In this document: piece by piece, positions 40,947-56,856 of the stretch
Position numbering within the stretch: the stretch's first letter is position 1
Layout: each line of letters opens with the position of its first letter
From: Octopus vulgaris
Taxonomy: Eukaryota
Length of the DNA: 64,000 nucleotides
Reading direction: 5' to 3'
Assembly (NCBI GenBank): GCA_951406725.2
Contig: OX597815.1
Span: forward strand, 197,966,001 to 198,030,000
Made by a program: the position numbers and the translations under genes
Notes under the pieces: generated by a model
What the model saw: the letters and a program-made list of their open reading frames with translations, nothing else
Database searches by the model: none
What the model was told of the DNA's origin: nothing

Positions 40947-42504
40947 TACTTGACACCTTATAGTTTCGTATGATAAATCATAATAAATTTTGTTGATGCT
41001 ACCTCATGATTCCTTCTATATAGATACAACTATTCCACGATGAAGACGAATGGTAAAAGTGATTCAATGATGAACATAGCAAAGAATATGCTACTATAGA
41101 TTTACTACAGAATAATGTAGCGTATATTCACTTTATTAAATCTTATAAAAAAATCTTAAGGATACAAGTTTTTGTGATTTCATCAAACTTTTGCCGCACC
41201 CTACATGAAGGATGTGCGCGTCTCTAACTAATAGTGTACTTATGCGTTAGAAACGTATAACCATTACATTCAAACTACTTATAAAACGCATCATATCAGA
41301 TAAACGTGATGACGGTTTGAAGATTTATAAATTCAGACTCAGGGGAAATTAGGATTTAGCATAGCCATTAGTGTAATTCGAGATACAAATAAGCCACTGC
41401 ACAAAATTTATCAATATTGAAAAGATATTCTTTGAAAATGTCCCAAGAAAACTTAGACGAAGTTAAATTATTTTCTGAAACGTCTGCTAGTATTTAATGC
41501 ATTTATACCGTCTCTCTCAGATATTATTACTATCTCAACACCTTCCTTGAATTCTAATGATAATTACTAGCAAATTTAATTAAGACAAATTCTATTTACA
41601 GCAGTTATGTCTAACCTTGTGACTTCTTTTACACTTAAACGATTCGCACTGTCTACCAAGTTAAACTTTACTTCGTCTTGCAATCACTTTTACCGCATTA
41701 ACTGTTTATTGGTAAATGCATGAACAGAATACTAAGAGAATAAAGCATACATATCAGGAATTAAATTGAGGCGAAAATTAATCATAGGAACAAAAAAAGA
41801 AGCTGAATTAAAATTTCGTTACCTCTTTATCTCCATTCTTGATTGTATAGCCGAAATCTAAATAAGTATTGCCGTAAGTGTTATAATTGATGCAGAAATT
41901 CATTTACGCCATTATTTGATTTTCATTGTTTAATCGAATGTACTTGGTTGTATTTATTCTAAATACTAAACCACACATTCTTTACAACTAAAATCGATTG
42001 TTTACATTTATTGGAAAAGTTTTCTTAAGCGTAAAATGTTTTTGTGCTGTAGTTCTGAGTAGAACAAGAAGCAAATTCGACCAAATTTTCATGAAGTATT
42101 TCACATGAATGCATCGCAATAATCACATTTTAAGAAGTGATACCTTTACAGGATTGCTAGTTGATATTGCTGTATAAATTCATTTCGCCATGCAAACCAT
42201 TATGAAATATATGGAATGAGGAGAGAGTTTAAACTGAGTCTAAACCAAAGAGATATACATCAAAGATATTCCAGAATATTTACAATACGCAATGTTGCTC
42301 CGATGGAGAATAGAATTGCCAGAGGCAAAAATATATAATCAAAATCCGGTTTACTGGAAACCTAGGATCGTAGAATGCATTAAATTGTCTTTCTATTAAA
42401 AGTTGTATTAACTTCAACATTAAAGATAGTTTAAAATCAACGATTGCAGAATGGTTGAGGAGATTAATACATCAATGAAGTTATATTACATTCATATATA
42501 TGCA

Positions 42505-42563
<59 letters not shown>

Positions 42564-42594
42564 GTATACATATATAGTTGTATATATAAATCTG

Positions 42595-43980
<1,386 letters not shown>

Positions 43981-44098
43981 CAAACTTCCTCTTACTCTCG
44001 TTTACCCTCTCATGTACATTCTCTCTCTCTCTCTCTCGCAAATTGCTGTTATTCCTTTATTCTTTATCTCTCTGAATGTTCTTTTTGTATAAATGCAT

Positions 44099-44176
<78 letters not shown>

Positions 44177-44248
44177 GTATATATATATATGTATATACAT
44201 GTGTGTGCGTGTGGTTGTGAGTGCATGTGTGTATGTATATGTGCATGA

Positions 44249-44294
<46 letters not shown>

Positions 44295-44362
44295 GAATGT
44301 AAAAATATATATGTGCGTACTTGTATGTATGCGATCGTATGCTTACTTATCATTTTTATTTA

Positions 44363-44420
<58 letters not shown>

Positions 44421-44937
44421 TGTATATATGTATATATGTATATATGTATGTATATGTATATATATCTATATATATATATATATGTATGTATGTATTTATA
44501 TATATGTATAAACCTACTGAAAGTTTGGACTTTATGATGAACACTGGATGCAAATCGAATTCGAAAGCGCAATAAATATATAAAAAAGTATTAAGACGAT
44601 AAATAGCATTTGACCTAATGAGAGATACTGTGTATATCGTCAAAAAGCACCAGAAGAATATTAATAAATATAATTAGACGCGAGACGAGGCTAATATATA
44701 TTGATAAAGATTTATCAGAAGACAATATAGAAAGAGAAGAATTTTTTTTAATATTCATCACAAAAACGTAGATCGATCTCTCACCCTTTGATTTTTCCCA
44801 ACATCAAACGTACACGATGAAGGAATAAATGCTATTATAAGAAAGAAAAAATATTATTAATTTTATCATGAAAAGATGCAAGCCTAATCTAACAAATACA
44901 TTTATAGACTTCCATATTAATATGCGTATATATGTGC

Positions 44938-44978
<41 letters not shown>

Positions 44979-45026
44979 CACACACTCAAATTATATATAT
45001 ACATGTATACATACACACACTGTGTG

Positions 45027-45062
<36 letters not shown>

Positions 45063-47244
45063 TGTATGTACACACACACACATATATACATTTATAGAGA
45101 GATATATACTTAGGCACCTATGTATGCATACATTAGAGTATATAACATGTATAAGTATACGTATACGCTTATTTATGCATATTTATCTGTATCTATCTAT
45201 CCATATATATATATATATATATGCATTCGTGTGTGTGCGTGCGATGCGGATTTATCACCACATACATTGGCACGTATATATGCGCATATTCTGTTATGTA
45301 TCAGATATAAGAATATGAAATATATATGCATATACACTAAAGTATGGGGATATGCATATACATATATATGTACATATAATCGATATACATATATATATTT
45401 GTATATATATATATATGCTGATATATATATATAAATGTATATGTATATATATATATATGTATACACACACACATATATATATATATGTATGTATGTATCA
45501 GTATCCACGTATATATACATGTTTGTGAAGTTGTGTGTTTTGTCTTTGTGGTTTTGTATATGTGTATGTTTACCATTAAGTGTTGGCTCCTGCAAAGACA
45601 TTTATACTTTAGGACAGAAAAATATCTCTGTTTTTTTTTTCCTTGCTCACCTTTTATCCAAGTTTATATTAGTTTCTTTTTTTTTTCCGCCTTTGCTAAT
45701 AATTTTTAAAATATTAAAATATTTTCCAATGAATTAACTTCCTGCAGGTAATATAATAATAAACTTTATGTATATCTTCGTACCGACCAAATATGAATAA
45801 ACGTTTGTTGAATATTACTTTCATCACTATTCCTCTTTATAATTCTCTTTTATATATTTTAATATATTCCGCTAAGAAATGTGATTTACACATAATTATA
45901 GGATATTTTAGTTTAGGTGATGAAGATTTTGTATTGACGAGTTATATTCTTAATATCTAAGAAAATCTTCATAATAGCAGTGTGTTGTCTGCTAACACAT
46001 AACCTTGTAGATTGTTCAGTTTTTTCGAAACATGAAACACGTGTTTGCTTCAACAAACAAACACCAACGTTTATATATATTTTTTATACTACTACGCAAA
46101 ACAACAATCGTAGCCTATAACACAAACATCATTAGAAACGACTTATCTAAAGGTACAGCCAATATTCTTTATAATGTAATGTAAGAGTGATGCTATCCGT
46201 TCGGTGAGGTTTCGCGCAATAGCTTCGGACGTAGCTGAGTAATTTCGATACTTGAAATATTTTCTACTGCTAACATCACTCATCATAACCGTTAAATATT
46301 GCAATGGAACAAAATGCAATGCACGAAAACAAAAGTAAAGCGATGGACCAGAACAAAGAACTTTCAAACCTTTACATTAAAATTCCACAAGGAACAGAAA
46401 GAAATATAACTAGTGTTTAGGAGACTTACTTTATGAATTAAATTTTATTAAAATGTTAAATATTAATCAGCTACATTCACTTTAACACCCAAAATTAGAT
46501 CTATCAAATCTATCACATATCAATTGAACTCCACATTTTACATCAACTAGGAGAAATGTTTTTCAATGGTGTAAAACTTCCAAGTTATATGTCAGAGTTG
46601 ATGTTACATAGAAAAACTCATTGTAAGTTTCGTCTTTGAAAATGATCTCTAACATGCTGCGTTTGAATAGGCGACGCTAAGGGGTAATCTGTTAGCTGAG
46701 CAAACAGTAAGCAAAGGGTCGCATCGAAACTGGAATAATTCTTCTTGTACATATTTGGAGTCAGATGTAGCATTAGGAAGATTGTAATTCCATCGTGTAA
46801 TTGAATGGACAGATTCGATCGTTTAGTTTCAAATTATTTTCGGCAAGATGTGACACTTTTTGGTTTCTCTTTAACTCAATGCAGCAATCTTATGAGCAAT
46901 GTAACAGCAGCCATAATCGTTCCATTTTACAGAAATATTATCTCAAGAGATATATTAATGGTACAAGCAATCGCTAGACGAAACTCAGGTTTTGAGTTGG
47001 AAGGGGTTTGAGTGTTACTTACAGTTCTAAGATCACCATGTTGTTCAAGACTAAATAGGGAAGCCATGAGGAGGAAAATAACGACGAAGAGTCTTATCAA
47101 AATTCCCATTGACATACGCCTACGCCTACGCACATCTCATTGGCAACAAATTACGTGCGCGTCAGTTTCAGTCGGCCGTTTGCTTCCATTCAATGTTCTT
47201 TGCGTATAATTATATATGTTTATATGTGGGAGTGCTTGCAAGAT

Positions 47245-47452
47245 ATTCTTTTCTACTCCAGGCACAAGGGTTAAAAATGTTGGGCAGGTGTCAGTCAATA
47301 AGTCCGGCCCTAGTACACAACTGGTCCTTAATTTATCGTCCCCTGTCCGATGAAAGGCAAAGCCGACCTCGGCAGATTTTGATCTAACAACGTAAAGACA
47401 GACGCAATACCACTAAGCATGGCGTGGTAACATTTCTGGCAGCTCGACGCCT
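47245..47452 (-). mobile_element. SINE family B
   Basis: GATGAAAGGCAAAGCCGACCTCGGC...CTGGCAGCTCGACGCC. Confidence 0.8.
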
Positions 47453-47512
47453 ACTGATTCCAAGATATTATCCCTGTAACGTAACACTACATGATATATA
47501 TATATATACGTA

Positions 47513-47548
<36 letters not shown>

Positions 47549-47562
47549 AATATATATAAATA

Positions 47563-47663
<101 letters not shown>

Positions 47664-47816
47664 TATATAATATATGGGATCCAGTAAAAACACAGCACAG
47701 TGTTTTATGGATCCCCTTATAAAGAATATAATTCTTTGACTCATTTCTAAATTCGGTGTGGTATATATATATATATAATATATATATATATATATTATTA
47801 GTTTCACCTTTATTAT

Positions 47817-47860
<44 letters not shown>

Positions 47861-48141
47861 ACATGAATACGTATATATGTGTGTATATGCGTGCATGTGT
47901 ATATGCGAGAGTTTAGGCAAGCAAAATGCAAAGAAATAGGTTAACTTATAAGTAATAACCTATATACACACATACAATTACAAATTGTGTTGAGTACTAA
48001 TCTGAAATTGGAGCATTCAGAGTTTTGCAATGGATGCCTACTTAAATCTCTAGCTTTCTTGCACACGTTCTTTCTCTGGCGCTCTGTCTTTCTTCCATTC
48101 TCTTACTGTATTTCCCTTAATGCATACACACACGCACACAC

Positions 48142-48188
<47 letters not shown>

Positions 48189-49194
48189 TGTGTATATGCG
48201 CTTATGCATACCCACAAAATTAAAAGCTGCGTTTATTGTTTTCCAAATTTATGTCACGAAGCTCTTATATTCAACAAAATAATAGATCGATAGAATAAGT
48301 ACCAGACCAAAATTAGTGCCGTTGGTAGGGTAGGGAAATATTGTCGCTGAATCTCTTGAAGTCGGCACCACAGCATGGCCAGAGTCCAAAAAGTGAAACC
48401 AATAATGAAGGAATAACAGATCAATAAGAATTTTATGAACAGGCACATTTTATGTGCGGACAACTGAAAGCAGCTATAAACGAAGTGTAGACACATTAAT
48501 CATTCACAATGAATAACTGTTGGAATTAATTATAATCAATGCAAATACATCTTCTCAGTAGCAACGTACGTAATCGCTTCCATAATTGAAACTAAGTTTG
48601 AAGATTAGTCAAATTTCATTTAATTTTATTTACACATGTCTATGGCATACGCTAAAGGTTGTTTCACCACCATTTTACTTTATATTATATCTTCCTTACG
48701 ATTTTGTTTAAGTATCAACAGAAATATTTTCATTTACATATTTTGACTGGATATAAAAAAAGCTTCAACGACTATATTGCATTAATCAGTTCGGGAGCCA
48801 CAATATATTTAGACATTCAGACGCGGGATTAAAAGCATTGATAGTAAAAGAAAAAAAAAATGGAATTGAAAGCACCATGATACCATTCTCACTTTCGGTG
48901 TAGATGTACTGCACTAAAGTGTACAACATTTTATCTTAATATACATATTACTCCAACATATTTTTATTTATTTCCATTTAGGTAATGTTTGGAATAGGAA
49001 TGCATGATCCCTTTTATGGGGACTAGAATTAATAATGTACCTATTGCTGGTTAAAGCTTCTGAGTGTACGTGTATCTCTAAGCTTATAACACATCCATGG
49101 GCAGCTATTTTGCTATCTCATCATCGGTATACAGGATGCTTTGAAAACTGCTTGTAATAATCTACGTGATTATGTGAATTTCAATTGACAACAG

Positions 49195-49259
<65 letters not shown>

Positions 49260-49261
<2 letters not shown>

Positions 49262-49484
49262 AGAGTAAACACATAAATGTGAAATAAGGTGTAAAAAAGA
49301 GTACTCAAATACCAGTGGTAGAGTAATAGGCTTTATATAAAGCAGCAAAAAATTCAAGAAACCTGTTACTCTGAGTTTCCCGTTGCCGTTCATTGGACAG
49401 TTTTTGCTAGAAAAAACTGTCCGATGAACGGCAACGGGAAAATCAGAGTAACAGGCTTTGTTGAATTTGTTGCTGCTTTTAAAG

Positions 49485-49485
<1 letters not shown>
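49260..49485. mobile_element. (TA)n-flanked foldback element with two opposed hammerhead-like motifs
   Basis: Arms ~49339-49405 and 49411-49480; right arm CTGT-CCGATGA-ACGGCAACGG-GAAA-ATCAGAG-TA^ACAG (49417-49454); left arm has CCAATGA and GAAACTCAGAGTA (49363-49400, minus). Confidence 0.7.
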
Positions 49486-49514
<29 letters not shown>

Positions 49515-49525
<11 letters not shown>

Positions 49526-49787
49526 AAACAAGTCAAGATAGAAAATGCTAAAATAATTTTATAAAGAACATTTCAGTACCGGTTTCATTCATTTTGAGAC
49601 CTTTTCAAGTGTAACGATTAAATAATTAAATTTAGAAAAATTAAAAGAAAAGGTTTTTTAAAAGAATATTTGTATAGTGTTCAAATATAAGTGACATTTT
49701 CCTTGTTTCTGCCCTTCTCTGTCTCTCTTGTTCACAAGTGTGAACAAGAGAGCATTTTCTATCTTGACTTGTTTTTTTCATATATAT
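49515..49787. mobile_element. (TA)n-anchored element with terminal inverted duplication and a degenerate U3-A8 hammerhead-like motif
   Basis: GAAAAAACAAGTCAAGATAGAAAATGCT is inverted at 49752-49780; minus strand 49571-49614 reads TTACAC-TTGAAAA-G-GTCTCAAAATGAAT-GAAACCGGTA^CTGAAA. Confidence 0.55.
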
Positions 49788-50269
49788 CAACTCGTGTGTT
49801 CCTTTTCATCCTTATACATACATACATATATATATATATATAAACAAGTCATACGCATACACGCACACACATACACACGCACACATACACGCACGCACGC
49901 ACATACGACACGCACGGACATATACACACACACACACAAATGAACCCACACTTACCTCCCATACACACAGCACACACTCATACATACACGCACACGCACA
50001 TACTTCAAATTACCAGTACCCTTCACTGACCATTCTTCCGCGCACATGGGTAGGTAAACAAAAGAGTCACTCCTACTTCATTCTTCCTTGACCTTAAACG
50101 TTAGTAAGCCCAACCACACACATAGATTAACAACCACAACCACACACACACGCACACACGTGCTATCATTACACACATACCCACAGACCTGCGAGGACGC
50201 ACATATCCACACTTACACACACATATCTCCTCTTGCACTCTCCTCTCTTTGAAAACACGTGTTCTTCAC

Positions 50270-50475
50270 CCATCCTTTCCGGTCATTCGAAATGTGACCG
50301 CGTGTGTACCGTTGGCGATTTTTTCCCTCCGTCTTCCCTTCTTTGGATCTTTGCTTTTCCTATGTTTCTGACGAAGAACTCCTTCTTTCATGAGCGTCCA
50401 ATAATACTATACTTGTTCCACGTCCTCGCGTTGTTGTGTTTTCTGTTTGTGTTTTCCTGTTTGTATTAACCATAT
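50270..50475 (+). mobile_element. Fragment of a related (TA)n-anchored family with a partly deleted ribozyme motif
   Basis: GTTT-CTGACGA-A-GA then no GAAA; downstream TGAGCGT...TAATAC...GTTCCAC resembles the U6 family tail. Confidence 0.4.
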
Positions 50476-50914
50476 ATAGATATATATGGAAAAAAATGAA
50501 GATCTACTGATGAACTTAGATTTTAGTAAAATATGTTTCTCAATTTTCTTCTAACCTAATAATGTACAATATATTTCTTTGACACGTGGACATAGATAAT
50601 AGGAAATATATCGAGTAGGACTTAAAATCGTAGATGTATGTGAAAAAATTTCTCCATATATTGAAAACTCTGACATTTTTTCTGATTAATGAAGTAATGT
50701 CATTATAATTTGTTTCTTAAAAAGCATCTTTCAGTTTATCAATCAAGTTGTGTGAGCGACAATCATTACATTACGAAAAAACATGACACGCTATCTTTTT
50801 GAAATTAATCAAATTTCTATTTTTGACAATTAATTGTAATTTAATTAATATTTCTTATAGCCTATTTGCACTGAACAAAGATTATGATTGCCTGGTCAGT
50901 TCAGGGGTAAGTGT

Positions 50915-51241
50915 AAAGACCCCGTTCGGTAATGAATGACAATGAGATTGCACCAAGAACGTAACCCTCCGAGGCACAAATCTGGGCAGTGTTGTCTTAC
51001 GGAATACCAGCAATCACATATGCATACCAACCTCCAGTCTGCACGCCAGCAATGTTATCCAAGGTAAAGGCAAAGGTCGATACAACTTGGCAGCAGTAAC
51101 GACGCATCTCATTTCCACAGCTGAGTGAACTGGAGCAGCATGAAATGAAGTGTATCGCTCAAGAGCACAACACACAGCGTGGTGGTCTGGCAATCGAACT
51201 CGTCACCTGATGACACACAGGCGACTGAGCCATGCGCCTTC
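50915..51241 (-). mobile_element. tRNA-derived SINE (family C-like head, different tail)
   Basis: Reverse complement GAAGGCGCATGGCTCAGT...GAGTTCGATT...TGTTGTGCTCTTGAGC...CTCCAGTTCACTCAGCTG. Confidence 0.75.
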
Positions 51242-52051
51242 ATCCCCGATGACGATAAGATATACAGAAAAGGAAGTATGGGTTTCACAAAAGTTATTTC
51301 CCCTTTGTATCGTGTGATTAATTTAGACCTGAAATAGATAGAAAGTATTGAACATTAGTTATAGAGATAGACCTATATATAAAACAATAAGAGCAAACAA
51401 GCTATAATTAGTTGCTGGAAGCTAAATCATTTGTAAATATTTAAGCAACCAATGTGTAGTCATATGAATAAAAAGAGAGAAAATGACTGAATTGAATTAT
51501 AATCTATTTTTTTCAGTTTAAACAGTCATAAAATATGCATGAGGTAAATACAAAGAGAACAGCCAGCTTAAATTTCTAAACTCCGAGAATCCGTTCCTAA
51601 ACAGAAATTAGACATGAGTAAATCTTATTGAGAATAATAACCAGAAGATTGAATCAACTTTAGCATTTTAATTAACGGTTTTAGTCGTAAAACCGATTAA
51701 ATAAATTATACACACGGAAACAGAAACGTACATACACACATATGAACATATATGCATGCGTTGATACACGAATTCATAATATGTATGTATGTGTGTCAGC
51801 GTGTGTTTGTCTTTGTGTGTATGTGTGTATAAATATCATTGAACGTGTGAAAATATTTAAGCTTGGTAATTCAGCATTTATTTTATATTGGCGTATAAAT
51901 ATGTAATGTGTGGATAAAGTCCATAAGTATGTGCATGAGTATACAAGTATGTGAATACACTTCTCTCTGTTCATAGATGCTTGAATAAGTTTCCTACATT
52001 TCAAATAGACACACTTTCTCGCAAACACAAACACAAACACACACACACACA

Positions 52052-52128
<77 letters not shown>

Positions 52129-52444
52129 GTATGTATAATTGCAAAGGGGGAGAAAGAAAGATGCTGAAAGCCGACAAAACAGAACGATATTGAGAAAGAT
52201 GGTTATATCCAAACATGAGATAGAATTATCTATATCAAATATTTCTCAGAGACAACTATATGAAAAATTCCATTTGTTCTGTGTTTGTTGATATCTCTGT
52301 ATGTTTAACAAACTTTATTGAATCGAAAGCTTTTGACGATTTAATATGTGTTTGTACTTTTGTGCATGTGTGTGTGTATGTGGCAACGTCTCCTATATAA
52401 GAATGGTATTTCACTTCGTTTTTTTTTTTTTATAAAGTTGGTTT

Positions 52445-52675
52445 AAAATTTTGGCATAATGCCATCAATGTTTGGAGAAGGAATGGTGAATGTCGATTAC
52501 AAGACCCATTGCTCAACTGATACTTATTTTATCGGCAAGATAAACTGGTACTGATTTTATCGACACCAAAGGTATAAACAGCAAAGTCGATCACGGCAAA
52601 ATTGGAAATCAGAAGGTAAAATGGTCAAATAACATTCTGCCCGGTGTGCTAACTAATGTAGCGCCTTACCGCCTT
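52445..52675 (-). mobile_element. Old SINE family B copy
   Basis: TTTATCGAC...GCAAAGTCGA...CCCGGTGTGCTAAC...CCGCCTT. Confidence 0.65.
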
Positions 52676-52881
52676 GATTTGTAAAGATATACGCAAACAG
52701 TATTTATGTAGGACGAAGTGTGTGTGTCTGGAGGGCTGCTACTGAATGGTGATATAGAGCATATGAAATATCTTAAGAAGCTTCTATAAGATTCTACATT
52801 TGAGAAAGGTAGAAAGAATGACTTACTGATGATGCGTATATATATAAATATATATATATATCAATAAAGAGAGAGAGAAAA

Positions 52882-52911
<30 letters not shown>

Positions 52912-52914
<3 letters not shown>

Positions 52915-53750
52915 AGGGGGTAGCTAAAAGTAACAAGAAACGTTCTCTGATAAAACCCGTTGTAATCTGGGATTCCGCCGCTAGAAGCCACATGTAGCGC
53001 TCAGGCACTTCCGCTGACTGGCGTCGTCCTCTGTAATCGGACTGCCACGTTGTGCATATTTGTTTGTCGATTTTTGCGACGGCTTAAACGAAGATCAGCA
53101 TGCTTCTGTGAAATTCTGATGGGGAAAACCGTGGCTGAAATAGTTGACATACTTCAAACAGCCTACAAAATCGCTGCTTTAATCGAAACACAAGTTAACG
53201 AGTGGTTCCCAGACCTTAGGAATAATCACTTGTTGCTTGAAGACCAACCGAAGAATTGAAAACATCATGAAAATGCATGGCCTGATCTTGGTGTCAGTTA
53301 CCGAACAACTGACGAACTTGTGGATAAAACAAGTGTATTCTGGATCTCCTGCCAACGAATTTGGAGCGAGTATTTGCGAGTATTTGCCCAAAATTTGTGC
53401 CTCATTTACTCACGGAAATACAAGGGCAGTTACGACTGAATGCTTGACCTGAACTAATAGAATAGTTGGAAGTTGATCCGGACATTTTGTCGAAGGCGTC
53501 TCTGGTGATGAAAGCTGACCCTACAGAATATGCGGATATAGAAGTGGTGTAAACACAAAATACGACGGAGAGGTTAAAATACATCACTTCACAAAGAAAT
53601 CCAGAACTTTTTCGAATAGTTTAAAACGCAGGTGGACCGATGCTTTGCTTCAAATGGAGAATACTTTGAAGTTGATAAAATTGTAAACGTAAAAGTAAAT
53701 GAATAAATTAATATTGCAAACATCCAGCTAGTTTTAACGTCACCCTCATA
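52912..53750 (+). pseudogene. Internally deleted mariner remnant of a second subfamily
   Basis: MGKTVAEIVDILQTAYKIAALIETQVNEWF (N-terminal HTH-like) and DRCFASNGEYFE (typical mariner C-terminus); right end CACCCTCATA, left end eroded. Confidence 0.75.
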
Positions 53751-53845
53751 TACATACATATACATACATACATACACACACACACACATACACACATACA
53801 CATATATATATATATATGTATATGCATGTATATATATATATATAT

Positions 53846-53882
<37 letters not shown>

Positions 53883-54083
53883 AAGAGAGGAGAGTGAGAA
53901 AGAGAGGGAGTGCGAGAAGGAGAGGGCGAGATAAGTGGATAGATATACATATATAATTACATATATTTACATACATATACATATATATATATACATACCT
54001 ATTTGCCTATATATTTAAATATACATACATGCATATATATATATATATATATATATGTATCTATGTATTTAAATATAGTTACA

Positions 54084-54167
<84 letters not shown>

Positions 54168-54571
54168 TATATTTACATGTTTTGGTATCTCAACGCACTT
54201 GGCAATTAACTAAATATTAACCCACCTGGTTAACAGATAGCTCTGGAAGAGTACAGCTGATATTTACCATCTGTCACGCATTTAATAGAATTAACAACGC
54301 AATATCATCTTCTCAAAAGGCATTAAGTACTACGCGACACAATGTAAACAGCAACATTTACTGCACATGCGACGTCGTGTAAATAGGAGCATATCAAGTG
54401 AGTGGAGCTTTACTCAAATTATGCTATGCATGTTTCTATTGTAAGGCTTTTAATTGTTCATCAACCTGTTACATAATATGGATTACATAGCCATAATACT
54501 TTGTAAAACTACAAAACCGGACTGTACAAACATCATACCCTATTCTTATTCTGTTATATATGAATACTTAT

Positions 54572-54802
54572 AGGCGGCGAGCTGGCAGAAACGTTAGCGC
54601 ACCGGGCTAAATGCGTAGCCGTATTTCAACTGTCGTTACGTTCCGAGTTCAAATTCCGCCGAGGTCGACTTTGCCTTTCATTATTTCGGGGTCGATAAAT
54701 TAAGTACCAATTACGCACTGGGGTCGATGTAATCGACTTAATCCGTTTGTCTGTCCTTGTTTGTCCCCTCTGTGTTTAGCTCCTTGTGGGTAGTAAAGAA
54801 AT
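54572..54802 (+). mobile_element. SINE family B, full length
   Basis: GGCGGCGAGCTGGCAGAAACGTTAGC (A box)...GAGTTCAAATTCC (B box)...; flanks TATATGAATACT on both sides look like a TSD. Confidence 0.9.
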
Positions 54803-55096
54803 GTATATATGAATACTGATAGTAATTTTGTTTGTTTCATGTTTAAGTAAAGATATGCTTTCACGTTCACATTGGAGCAAATTTATCGTAGTTTTGAGAG
54901 CGATTCTGTGCACCGCGATTAATTTGTAAACACAAACTATTAACATATATAAGACTGTTGCATGTATCGATAAATGGAGAGATGTGCGAAAATCTAGACT
55001 CCACGAACTCCTTCAGGAAGCTTCGAGACTACTCTGCTGGAATGTGCTACATTTTCGAAATATTTTGCTCCTGTCGATAGGTAATGAAACTAGTCC

Positions 55097-55331
55097 TGAT
55101 ATATCGCAATACTACACAGTGGTTGTGTGAGCTACGAAATCCTCGTCGCCGCTGTTATATCGCAATAATACAAAGTGGCTGCGTGAGCATCTCATCCTCG
55201 ACCCAACTGTTATATCACACGTTCGGATGCCTCTAATACTCAACTCTGCTCTTTACTCTGTTCTAGTCTTCTCCCTCTATATCTACGCATTGGGATAGCC
55301 TACTTCATCGTCTGGGGGCGTCCACACAACA
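55097..55331 (-). mobile_element. Solo LTR
   Basis: TG...CA termini with a perfect 5-bp TSD AGTCC (55092-55096 and 55332-55336); homologous to 39170-39435. Confidence 0.8.
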
Positions 55332-55842
55332 AGTCCCCTGTAGCGCAATCTGCCTTAAAAAGATATTGGATATATTCTATATATTCTATAACACTACAAA
55401 ACTTCATTGGCATATAAATATACAATTTTCCTCAACAATCTTATCCTTAACCTCTGTTTAATCCTGCTGCACTTTAAGGAAATCTGTTGTAAATCATGCT
55501 CTATATAACTGAAAAGAAAGAAATATGTACGAACACGTAAAATTGTCGGATATAAAAGTTTCGGAAAATGTGAAGCAATAAAGATATTCTCGCATTATTT
55601 TCATAACTAAGAATGGATTGCATTACACTCAAAAAAAAAAAAAAAACGGAAAAAAATACTTAAATTGCTCTCAGTGGTTTTATATGATGACATTTCAATA
55701 TATGAAGGAAATGAAACACATAATTAGATTACGAAATAAAAATAGGATGCTATTCATGGATGAACTTGCATTTTAGCGATATAACACAAGATACTGTAAA
55801 AATTATCGATGTAATTAAAGGATTGACAAAAGTCATATACAT

Positions 55843-56014
55843 AGGCGCAGGAGTGGCTGTTGTGTAAGTAACTTGCTAACCAACCACATGGTTCCGGGTT
55901 CAGTCCCACTGCGTGGCATCTTGGGCAAGTGTTTTCTGCTATAGCCCCGGGCCGACCAATGCCTTGTGAGTGGATTTGGTAGACGGAAACTGAAAGAAGC
56001 CCGTCGTATATATG

Positions 56015-56045
<31 letters not shown>

Positions 56046-56250
56046 ATGTGTTTGTGTGTCTGTGTTTGTCCCCCTAGCATTGCTTGACAACAGATGCTGG
56101 TGTGTTTACGTCCCCGTCACTTAGCGGTTCGGCAAGAGACCGATAGAATAAGTACTGGGCTTACAAAGAATAAGTTCCGGGGTCGATTTGCTCGACTAAA
56201 GGCGGTGCTCCAGCATGGCCGCAGTCAAATGACTGAAACAAGTAAAAAAA
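55843..56250 (+). mobile_element. SINE family A, full length
   Basis: AGGCGCAGGAGTGGCTG head to GACTGAAACAAGTAAAA tail. Confidence 0.92.
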
Positions 56251-56594
56251 ATCCAATATCATTTGTCTAACACTAAATTTCTCGGTAAATATATCTGCGT
56301 GTGTATGTGGGGAGAGAGAGAGAGAGAGAGAATTTGTGTGTGTGTGTGTGTGTGCTTGTATGTGTGTTTGTGTGTGTGATTCTGCATTAATTTATGTATT
56401 TCTAGCTTTAACCGGTTTCGCAGTTTACACTGATTTACAAAAGTACAAATGGAATGACGTAGCTTATGTCACAGCTCTCTTGTTTCTCGCAAGTGTTTGA
56501 AGTTTACCCTGTTTTTAGAGGGAGTTCATGGCTCAAAGTATTATAAGTTTTGAATAGGATTTGATTGGTAGACGTGATAGTCATATGACTAGTC

Positions 56595-56795
56595 CTCACC
56601 ATGATAGATCGTTAGCCACTAAACCCATTTTCTCTTTCCTTGTTTCTCTGCTTGATTTTTCTGTGTCCCTTTCTCTAGAAGAAAGAAGGCTCGAAACGTA
56701 AAAGACTTTTTTTCTATTCCTGAGCGTTATACTAATACATCTGTTTGTATTGTACACCACCTGTCTTCGTCTTTTGTTTGTAACTCTCCCTATAT
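56595..56795 (+). mobile_element. U6-hammerhead family copy (degenerate)
   Basis: CTTT-CTCTAGA-A-GAAAGAAGGCTC-GAAACGTA^AAAG; ends TAACTCTCCC-(TA)n. Confidence 0.7.
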
Positions 56796-56799
56796 ATAC

Positions 56800-56839
<40 letters not shown>

Positions 56840-56856
<17 letters not shown>

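Noticed and set aside
44531-44576. ATGATGA...GAAAGCGC hammerhead-like string near (TA)n
   Set aside because: C3, the U-H site and stem II are not satisfied
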